This document shows, piece after piece, positions 53,835-64,000 of a stretch of 64,000 nt of DNA. This DNA comes from Octopus sinensis. Its lineage: Eukaryota. The stretch covers positions 86,056,001-86,120,000 of the forward strand of contig NC_042997.1 in the NCBI RefSeq assembly GCF_006345805.1. The letters are read 5' to 3'. The notes below the pieces were generated by a model. The model worked only from the letters and a program-made list of their open reading frames with translations, was not told the origin of the DNA and searched no databases. Position 1 is the stretch's first letter. Every line of letters starts with the position of its first letter. Position numbers and translations under genes: made by a program.

Positions 53835-53992
53835 CCTCACATACACAAATATATATACTTATATAAAAATATGCAAAACTTTTATTAGATCCAATATATA
53901 ATATATATATATATACACATCCTCACATACACAAATATATATACTTATATAAAAATATGCAAAACTTTTATTAGATCCAATATATAATATAT
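53829..53992. repeat. Perfect tandem duplication, period 86 bp
   Basis: acacatcctcacatacacaaat...gatccaatatataatata at 53829 and 53915, with (TA)n junctions. Confidence 0.9.
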
Positions 53993-54597
53993 AGCAATTA
54001 TTATTGTTGTCATCCAAATTGTTTCTTTGTGAGAAACCAGTTATTCTCTTAGGAAGAAGAGTACTTATAAATATAAAAGATTGAAGGCATGAAGGCATAC
54101 ATGCATAAACACACACATACATTATGAAGCATACACAATTCCGTTGTGACATGTATACCCATGAGGGTGAATTTATTTACATGCACACAACACACACACA
54201 TATGCATATAACAACTGATTCATGTAACTACAAGCCACATGAGCAGCCTTAACTAAAGCAAAAGAGCCCTGCCACTTTGTTAGTGACCAGACTTGAATCT
54301 ACGAAGGTAAAAACTTCAAATAAATCTCAAAGAAATATCTGCCTTCTGGATACGAATGTGATTAGAAAAATACAAGAGGACATTTATGGATTAAGCGTTT
54401 GCAAATCAAGTAACCAAGATACTCTTTCAGCTTCATACCAGTGTTGGTGTGTTTATGTCCCTTGTAACTTAGCAGTTCAGTAAAAGAGACCAATAGAATA
54501 AGTACCAAGTTTGAAAAAGAATAAGTACTGGGGTCAATACATTAGACTAAAAAATAAAATTCCTCAAAGTGGTGCCCAACATAGCCACAGTCTAATG

Positions 54598-55143
54598 CAG
54601 GCCTGGCCAACTTGAATTGCATTGCGGTTAATCATAGAAAGTTTTTTGAGAGCCTCTTATATACTTTATGCAGTAATAGTCAAATAATCAAATTATTGAA
54701 TCAAGAATTTTTCATACTTTTTGTTTATTTAACCCTTTCGTTGCCAACCTGGCTGAAACTGGCTTTGGCTCTGTAGTACAAATATCTTGGTTTCGTAAGT
54801 TTTGAATTAAAGTCTTCCACCAAACCTTAGTCACAATTAATGTTCCTAACACTAGCTTAATGATAACTAAGTTATTTTACTAAATTCTTTGTTATATCTA
54901 AAATAATTGAGAGAAACACAGAGCATCTCAAAATAAATAACGTAAAGGTTAAAATTATAAAATTGTAGGCTATTGCTTTATTGCCACTTATAGAATTTTA
55001 AATTTATTTTGAACCAAATGCTTTACACAAACAATTTTATTATGAAATTAAATACAATAAAGAGGTCACTCATTTCACGAAAGTATCAAGCGAGCTGCAA
55101 GATAAAAGTCTGTGGCCCGCAGGCCTCAGGTTGGCCAGCCCTG
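54598..55143. mobile_element. hAT-type MITE inserted in a SINE family A tail
   Basis: TIRs caggcctggccaac / gttggccagccctg; perfect 8-bp TSD gtctaatg at 54590-54597 and 55144-55151. Confidence 0.9.
54733..54948. mobile_element. piggyBac-like MITE nested in the hAT MITE
   Basis: ttaa|ccctttcgtt ... aacgtaaagg|ttaa. Confidence 0.7.
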
Positions 55144-55224
55144 GTCTAATGACTGAAACAAGATAAAAGATACATATGTGAATGTGTGTATGTGTGTGCA
55201 TGAAGTGAAATAGTCTAACATAGG

Positions 55225-55324
<100 letters not shown>

Positions 55325-57919
55325 CTTGGTGAAGAATATTTTGAAATAGACCAATGAAATTGTGTATTCATTAAACTCTGCTACATTCTTTTGGACAATG
55401 CTCTAAATTCTAAAATATCTCCATATGTTAATTCAACTTCAATTCAGGAATATTTACCACCTTTGTTCTGAAAAATATATCTTATTAAAGGGTATGTGAG
55501 GAAGATTATTTCCTAATTTTTTTGTCTTGCAACCAGGTGTTAAACCCCTTAGCTGTTACCTCTTGAAGGCATTTTGCTTTTAGCATTTTACATATAATAA
55601 GCAACAGACATCCATGTGTATTTGTATGCATATGTGTGTGATAGATAGAGGACAGGAGGGTGAGAGAGGCAGGGAGATATAAAGAAAGACTTTAAAATAA
55701 TACTGACTGAAAAGTGAGTAAACTGTCCTTCATAAAAAATAAATCTTGCTTCTATGGTAATTGCTAAATATCATATCTTCATGGAAAATTTAACACTAAG
55801 TGCTGATGAAATACAAATCCAGGGTAATTACATAACTTTAATTAATACTCAGTGTTGATGAAGTAGAAATCTAACATAATTATATATAATTTTAATTGAA
55901 TGCAACATTTCAAAGTCATACTAATATGAAAAATATATCCTATATATTTTGATATATACTTTTAGTTTCTGTGATAATTTAATCTGCCTACATTTTTACT
56001 TGTTTACTTAGCAAATTCATTCTGTGACTTGAGTTTGTTGCCAAATTCAAAAAGTAGTGTGTGTGTGTATGTGTGTGTAAACATGTGTACATACATGTAT
56101 GTACTTGCATGAATGCATGTGTCTGCATACATTTAAGTGTGTCTATGTATGCATGAGTGTATGTATGTATGCTGTAATAAAAATTATTAATTAATTTCTT
56201 TCCAAACTTTTCATGAAATTTTTTTTGAGTTTATGAATTTTATTATATTTTATTACATTACCGAAACTGAAGAAATGTCAGTGCTTTCAATATTCCTATA
56301 GTAATCATTACCAAAACTTTGTTACAGGGGCTAAAGTCACACAAAATTTTCTAACGTTTTCAGATTGTGTTGGAAAATAGCCCAAAAGGAAACTTCTGCT
56401 AGTATATAGTTTTGGTGAGTTGGCAGAAACGTTAGTGCATAGGACAAAATGCTTAGTGACATTTCTTTCAGTTCTTTACACTCTGAGTTCAAATCATGCC
56501 AAGATCTTTTTTTACTCTTCATCATTTCAGGGCTAATAAAATAAAGTACTTATCAAGTACTGGGGTTGATGTAATTGACTGTCCTCCCTCTCCCTAAAAT
56601 TGTTGTCCTTGTTACAAAATTTGATACTGTTATTATCATTATTATTGTTAAGGTGGTGAGCTGGTAAAATTCTTAGCATGCCTGACAAAATGCTTTGCGG
56701 TATTTCTTCTGGCATTTGTCCAGAGTTCAAATCCACTGAGGTTGACTTTACCTTTTGTCCTTTTACAGGGTAGGGTCAATAAAATTTGTACCTGTTGAAT
56801 ACCGGGGCTGATGTAACCAACTAGACCCTCCCTTAAAATTTCAGACCTTTGTGCACATAATAGAATGGTTTCGTACCAGAAATAAAAAGGCAAATCCAGC
56901 AATTATCAGAAATGGGTGGTATCTGTTCCATTCACCCATTTCCAATAATGAGGTACTCTTGATATGTGTGTGTGGTGGTGGTGGTGGTGGGGAGGGGCAT
57001 ACCTGTCTATTTTTCTTCAGGATTTATTCAAGCCCGCTTTACAGAATTCAAGCTAGTCATGAATAAAGTAGCAAATCTCTTTTCTTTAAGTCAGTATGAC
57101 TCTTGGTGTTTCTTGATATGTGTAGTGTTTGGTGTGTAGAGACATATTTGTATGTAGTATGCGTTATTCATATGTATAGATAAACATATGCCTAGTAGTG
57201 GGCGTGCATGTTACGTATGGGCATATTACATATGGCATGTTACGTAGTGGGGGTGCATACATATGTTATGAACGTATGGGTGCTTTATTACTGTGTGTGT
57301 GTGTGCATATTTTATGTGTATGTGCATTTTATGTAGATGTATGTGAGGGGAGGTTGTTGTCTGTACACACTGTTAAAATCATATCTCTGTTCCAGTTTAA
57401 AATTGTTTTTAAAGTATTTTTTTTATATTTCCCTACATTTTTTGTATGTTTTCTTTGAAACAATAAATTTTTTTACACATACGAGGATGGTGTCCACGTA
57501 GATATAAAACTTCAGTTATAAAATCCCCAATTCTCATTTATACACATATCCATTTATTGATGCAATTTTCTTCATATGTATTTATACTGATCTTTCTTTC
57601 TTATTTTTTTTCTTATACCTACCACTACGAAGAGGCATGTTGATTCATGTGAATCTTTAACTTAGCTATTGAAATAGAATAGTGATATATTCAAAGTAAA
57701 AAAAAAGAAAGAAAAATAACTATTTTCCAAAATTTTTAGTTTCTCAGCTCTTTTGCATGTCTGTCAATAGCAAAAATATTACCCATATATATGGCATAAA
57801 TTGTGAATTTCTGTTTTATGACTTTTGTATTGTTTTCTATGTTAGTTATATAGAATTTCATAAAAATGTAATCCTCCAAACTAAAAATGATCAGAACTGA
57901 AATATATATGTATATGTGT

Positions 57920-57957
<38 letters not shown>

Positions 57958-57960
<3 letters not shown>

Positions 57961-58330
57961 CACCCTCCCCCAGTCCAATGGACGGTGCTGAGTTGTCAAA
58001 CATTTAAACCAAATTTTCTCAAAATAACTTGTCCGACCGTCCCATAGGCCTCCCCTTTGAGAAACACTGATTTAACCTAAATTTGAGACATCATGCATTT
58101 TTCTTGCATACGCGGAGTATCGATTACAACAGCTGATGTACTTGCACATACAAATGCACGTTTCCACGGCTTTATTGATCGCATTCTCACCTGGAATCGA
58201 TTTTTGTAATTTTTTCAAGACTTATACACGCCCTGATACCGTCGGTATCTACATATCAAATTTGAGCGCAATCGGATGGAGGATGCCCGAGATCCTAGAA
58301 GACACACACAGGGACAGACAGAACAGATTT
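57958..58330. mobile_element. Helentron/DINE-like element, copy 2 (inverted relative to 33451-33797)
   Basis: caatggacggtgctgagttgtcaaacatttaaacc and aaatttgagcgcaatcggatggaggatgcccgagatcctag are reverse complements of copy 1. Confidence 0.65.
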
Positions 58331-58336
58331 TATATA

Positions 58337-58402
<66 letters not shown>

Positions 58403-59339
58403 GTATGTATGTATGTGTATGTGATGGTGACATGTAAAAAACACCAAGTACACTCTGTGGGGAAATTGGTGTTAGGAAGGTCATCTAGCCATAGAAACCA
58501 AGCCAAAATAAACTATGGAACCTGGTGTGGTCCCTGGCCTTGCCATTTCCTATCAAGTTATCCAACCCATGCCAGCATGGAAAACAGACATTAAATATTG
58601 ATCTCTACTCAGTCATCTATTCTGCATTGTATACTCACAATAAAACTGTTTCCCATACTCATCTTCCCATCGTACACCCACCCACACACAACAGAACTCC
58701 TTTCCAAACACACCTTCTCCACATTTCTCAACCTACACACATACCAAATGCTAAAACTTCTCCAATTACACCACATCCACAAACACTCTGATTTCATTCT
58801 GGCTACAAATAATTTACGATTTTATTAAAACTGATTTGTCTTTTTACAAAGTTGATGGTGGAACCAAGTTAATTTAGAGGTCATTTAATTCCGTTCATTA
58901 TTTCTCACACCATCATCATCACCATCACCACTACCATCAACACTGCACCCCTCATCATCATCATTATCATCTCTTCCACATTTACACACACTCTGTCTCT
59001 CTCTCTCTATCTTTCTCTCTCTCTCTCATACACATACGCACTCACACATACTTTAAAATGTATATTTTTTTGTATTTTCTAGCTCACACTGGTTTCGACT
59101 TTAACTTTGCAACTGAAAACAATTATTTATTGGCTACTCATTAGCCAGACTTGTTCTGTGTTAATGTCAGGCTGTGAAATTAATTATGTTTCCAAAAATG
59201 TCTTTTTGAAACTTATCACCAACATTATTATTGTCATCATCATCATCATATTCTACTTCTCACTCAGAGTTCTTATTCTACTTGCTCTGTGAGAGTGGAC
59301 AGCATCTTGTCAAAGGTCTCACTGTCTCTTTGCACAAAT

Positions 59340-59530
59340 TATTAGACTTGATATTTGGGTATTAAGTTTTGTGGAAGATACTCAACACCCAAGTACCAAA
59401 ATCTTAGATTGTCCCTAACAGAACTATTTTTAAGCAAGCTCTGCCTTCATGTCAATTCCAATTTCTCTGACACATTTCTTGAACTTGGTTGTTAGTGCTT
59501 CAAATGTCCTTACAACTAGTGGGATGACAG
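59340..59530 (-). mobile_element. 3' end of R4/Dong-type non-LTR element (restriction-like endonuclease C-terminus)
   Basis: Minus strand VIPLVVRTFEALTTKFKKCVREIGIDMKAELA*K then VLLGT; abuts (ATT)n at 59532-59588. Confidence 0.6.
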
Positions 59531-59543
59531 TTATTATTATTAC

Positions 59544-59589
<46 letters not shown>

Positions 59590-59929
59590 TTGGTAGTAGA
59601 TAGCAGATTCAATAGACCAGCAAGCAAAGACAGGGGTCTTGCAGTATTTAGCCCTGTCCCTTTACATGCAAAGATCAAATCATGTTGCAATTGATCTTAC
59701 CTTTCATACAATATAGTAAGTACAAGCATAGCTGTGATGGTTAAGAGTTTGCTTCCTAACCACATGGTTTTGAGTTCAGTCCCAATGCATAGCATAACCC
59801 AGAGTCAGTCAAAGCCTTGTGAGTGGATTTGACAGCTGGACACTATAAGAAGCTCATTGTGTATGTTTGTATGTATATATATATATATTTTGAATTTTAA
59901 CCGTTGTCTGTGAAAATAGTGACATATGG

Positions 59930-61490
59930 ATAGCTGCAGGAGAAATACCTATCCAAAACTAAACCTCTGTACCTGTCTTTTGTTGACATGGAGAAAGCTT
60001 TTGATAGGGTCCCCTGATCCCTTATCTGGTGGTCAATGAGAAATGGTTATTGAGAGCTGTGCAAGCCATGTACAGGGATGCTGTCAGTAAGGTTAGGGTT
60101 GGCAACGAGCACAGTGAAGAATTCCGGATTGGGGTAGGGGTTCACCAAGGATCAGTCCTCAGCCTCCTCTTATTCATCATAGTCCTCCAGGCAATAATGG
60201 AGGAATTCAAGACAGGATGCCCCTGGGAGCTCCTCTATGCCAATGACCTTGCTCTAATTGCTGAGTCACTATCAGAACTAGAGGAAAAGTTTCAGACATG
60301 GGAGCAAGGATTAGAATCAAAGGGCCTTTGAGTCAACTTAGTCTTAATAAGTAGGAAGGCGTACAAACCACAAATCCCTTTAGATAGAAGGCCCTGCTCG
60401 ATGTGTAGAAAAGGCATAGGTAGAAACTCCATAAGATGTACCCAGTGTAAGCTATGGACACATAAGAGGTGCAGCAATATCAAAGGAAGGCTAACTGGGA
60501 AGATAGTTTTTGTATGTGGCAAATACTCAGGTGCTATAGACACTGAAAATGTGCAGAGAACAGCTTCTGTCACATTCCAGGGAGAAAAACAAGTAGTTGA
60601 TAGCTTCCATTACCTAAGGGACGAAGTTAGTAACAGGGGTGGATGCACTGAAAGTGTAGCTGCTAGAATAAGAATAGCCTGGGCAAAGTTCAGAGAGCTC
60701 CTACCTCTGCTGGTGACAAAGGTCCTCTCACTCAGAGTAAAAGGTAGACTGTATGATGCATGTGTACAAACAGGTATGTTACATGGCAGTGAAACATGGG
60801 CCATGACTACTGAGAACATGCATAAACTTGCAAGGAATGAAGCCAGTATGCTCCGCTGGATGCGTAATGTCAACGTGCATATACAACAGAGTGTAAGTGC
60901 CCTGAAAGAAAAGTTGAATTTAAGAAGCTTCAGATGTAGTGTGCAAGAGAGACAACTGCACTGGTATGGTCATGTATTGCAAATGAATGAGGACAGCAGT
61001 ATGAAAAAGTGTCACACCCTAGCAGTTGAGGGAACCTGTGGAAGAGGTAGACCCAGGAATACCTGGGATGAGGTGGTGAAGCGTGACCTTCAAACATTGG
61101 GCATTACCAAGGCAATGACTAGTGACCAAGACCTCTGGAGATATGCTGGGCTTGAGAAGACCCGACAAGCCAAGTGAGACCCTAGCCCATGGCCTATGCC
61201 AGTGGGTGTAACCAGCCCACTTATGAGTACCCCTCATTCATTGGACAATAAACTTTGCTTGCAAAGACCTATTGAGGCAAGTGAAATCAAATCAAAATCG
61301 CTGACGTGGCTGATAATAGTACCACCTGATTGGCACTCATGCCAGTGGAATGTTAAAAGCACATCCGAGCATGATTGTTGCCAGGGCCATGGATTGGCTC
61401 CTGTGCTGATGGCACTTAAAAGGTACCAGTCAAGCATGATTGTTGCCAGCATCGCCTTACCAGCACATGTGCCAGTGCCATGTGAAAAGA
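59930..61490 (+). mobile_element. 5'-truncated RTE-clade LINE; RT pseudogene with internal PHD-like zinc finger and 3' UTR
   Basis: LQEKY...LYLSFVDMEKAFDRVP, GVHQGSVLS, LLYANDL (YADD motif), FHYL, LHGSETW, LHWYGHV, GRGRPRNTW; stops and frameshifts near 60015-60040 and 60330. Confidence 0.93.
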
Positions 61491-61509
61491 AATGTTCTGG
61501 CTTCTCCTG

Positions 61510-61543
<34 letters not shown>

Positions 61544-61819
61544 AATAATAGAATATACCTTTTAAGAACTTTTAAATGTTAATAAGAATTATTTCCCCAC
61601 AAAGTAGCTCTCAATGTTGAATTATACAACTGCTGGTAGCCGTGTTTAATTCTTGGAGTGAAAACTACCATACAGATAAGTTAACATTTCTTTTTACTAA
61701 CATTTCTTTTTCCTACTTTTATTCCTCATTTCTATTCATTATTTACTAAAGTAAAATTATTCCAACAACTTCTAGCTATATAAATCTAGTTTGTCATGTT
61801 TTTATATAGGATTTAAATA

Positions 61820-61960
61820 TAAGGTTGTCCCAAATGTTTGTAGAAAGTCTTGGAAAATAATGGTCTTTATTTTGAGGAATAATTTTTGTTGTTTTTGTTA
61901 GTACTTGGCGAGTAAAAATTCAATTTTCGCAAGTGTTTACGAACTTTTGGGACAACCTAA
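61820..61960. mobile_element. 141-bp mariner-type MITE
   Basis: ta|taaggttgtcccaaatgtttgta ... tacgaacttttgggacaacctaa|ta. Confidence 0.75.
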
Positions 61961-62389
61961 TAGCAAAATAATTTCATATAAGATTGACCTGAAGATTGGA
62001 AATATAATAATTTTAATATGGTGTTCTATAGAGACATTCTATTTCAGCAATATCAAGGAATATGTTGTCATGAAACATGCGTAGTCAAGATAATGTAAAG
62101 TATACGATTTGTAATAAGGTATTAATTTTGATAATTTGGAATAAGAATTGTAGGTATTAATTTTGATAATTTTAATATTTAGTCCTATATGTACATATTG
62201 TGGATAATGTCATTCAATGATGATTGAGTTGCTTAGAGGGTGATTTTGTCTCTTAAGCCTATCTATTTATATGTATATAATACAGTAATTCATTTTAGTA
62301 CCACTAAATGAACTTCTTTCCCCTGTGGACTTGGAAATATCTTCCCAGATATTAATAATATTAAATATATATATGTATATATATATATT

Positions 62390-62617
62390 CTCTTATTCTT
62401 TTACCTGTTTCAATCATTTGACTGCACTCATGCTGGAGCACTGCCTTAGAGGGTTCTTTTAGTCAAAGAAACCGACCCCCAGACTTATTCTTTGTAAGCC
62501 TAGTACTTATTCTATCGGTCTCTTTTGCCGAACCACTAAGTTATGTGGACATAAACACACCAGCATCAGTTGCCAAGCAATGCTGGAGGGACAAACAAAA
62601 ACACACACACACATACA

Positions 62618-62648
<31 letters not shown>

Positions 62649-62667
62649 ATATAATATATATATATAT

Positions 62668-62701
<34 letters not shown>

Positions 62702-62990
62702 ATATATATATATTATATATATGTATATATATATATATATGTATATATATATTATATATGTAATATATATATATATATATATATAATTATATATATATAA
62801 TATATATATTATATATATATATATACACCCCGGACTTCTTTCAGTTTCCGTCTACCAAATCCACTCACATGGCTTTGGTCAGCCCGAGGCTAAAGTAGAA
62901 GAAACTTGCCCAAGGTGCCACGCAGTGGGACTGAATCCAGACCCATATGATTTGTAAGCAAGCTACTTACTACACGGCCACTCCTACGCC
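62390..62990 (-). mobile_element. Full-length SINE family A with internal (TA)n expanded to about 200 bp
   Basis: Both halves collinear with 17002-17406. Confidence 0.88.
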
Positions 62991-63329
62991 TCATGACAGA
63001 GGCTCAATTTATTCCATGTTTATTTACTTCCATTATAGCCTGCATATTATAGTAAACTACATGGTGCTCTGTGAGCTATCATCATGGTTTAGCACCCACT
63101 TTTCCATGCTCGCATGATTCAAATGGAATTTGTTGAGGCAGATTTTCTACAACTTGATGCCCTTTCTGTTGACAATCCTCACCTGTTTGCCAGTAAGATA
63201 ACATTTGCCCATCACCAGACATGTTTGCATGGAAGATTGGCAACTAAGGATAACACTTGCATGTCAGTGACACTTGTTTACAACTATCACATTAAGTCAT
63301 AGCAAGGAGACAGTAACTTGCATACATAA

Positions 63330-63360
<31 letters not shown>

Positions 63361-64000
63361 TATACATATACATATACAACTGGCTTTTTCAATTTCCATC
63401 TACCAAATCTTCTCACAAATCTTTGGTCAGCTCTATAGAAGACATTTGCCCAAGTGTCAAGAAGTGGGACTGACCTACGACCATGTGGTTGAGAGCAAAC
63501 TTCTTGGGACAGCCATACTTGTGCCTCAACCATCTACATTGTGTGTGTGTGTGTGTGTGTATAAAAATCATGTAGATTGTCAGAGAGTGAGAGAGAGAAG
63601 AAAAGAATGTACTTCCAGTTGCCACATCTAGTTTTGTTTGTTTATTTCTAAGGTCGATTTGACATTGTAACTAATTATATTGTAATATCCTGTAAAGTTT
63701 GCTTCTCTCTTGTACTTGTGTCAAAACAAGTGTTGTTGATATTATTAAGGACAGTGACTGGCAGAATTGGCAGTGTAGCAGACAACCTATTTTGTGTTCC
63801 TTTATGTTTGGAGGTCAAATTTCTCCAGGGTCAAATTTGCCTTTTATCTTCCTTCAGTCAATAAATTAAAGTACCAATCGAGTAATGGGGTCGATTCAAT
63901 CAACTGTTTCTTCCTCCTTTCCTCTCTCTCTCCCCTCAAATTTTTACATTGTGTCTCTGTTAGAAATTATTATTTTCACATCTAATGTTTTCCTCTTATT

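Noticed and set aside
55790-55905. Two diverged ~52-bp units containing tgatgaa
   Set aside because: Ordinary old tandem duplication; no hammerhead stems or complete snoRNA box pair.
60401-61177. 258-aa ORF as a host gene
   Set aside because: C-terminal part of a disrupted RTE LINE ORF, also present as a decayed copy at 23284.

Overview
AT-rich, microsatellite-dense eukaryotic DNA with no intact protein-coding gene, rRNA, true tRNA or CRISPR array. The repeat complement (three or more tRNA-derived SINE families, RTE LINEs with (GAT)n tails, Penelope remnants, abundant (TA)n/(CA)n) suggests an octopus/cephalopod genome; this is inference from repeat style, not a database match. Nearly all ORFs in the track are microsatellite or SINE artefacts. 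Real protein remnants are all from transposable elements: RTE reverse transcriptase with an internal PHD-like zinc finger (59930-61490), DD34E Tc1 (49842-50731), maT/DD37D-like (3518-4365, 14030-14430), pogo/Tigger (17670-18920), Penelope GIY-YIG (4811-5045) and an R4/Dong-type endonuclease tail (59340-59530). Many MITEs, fold-backs and a Helitron have readable ends. The most interesting signals are: (1) a strong candidate recursive splice site (branch point, 80-nt AG-free tract, CAG|GTGAGT) at 46309-46346, suggesting the window is a giant plus-strand intron; (2) several minimal hammerhead ribozyme motifs with non-canonical cores (5211-5270, 11136-11173 and decayed relatives); (3) (TA)n-bounded near-perfect tandem duplications and triple-nested insertions. 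All calls were made by eye and coordinates of degraded elements are approximate.
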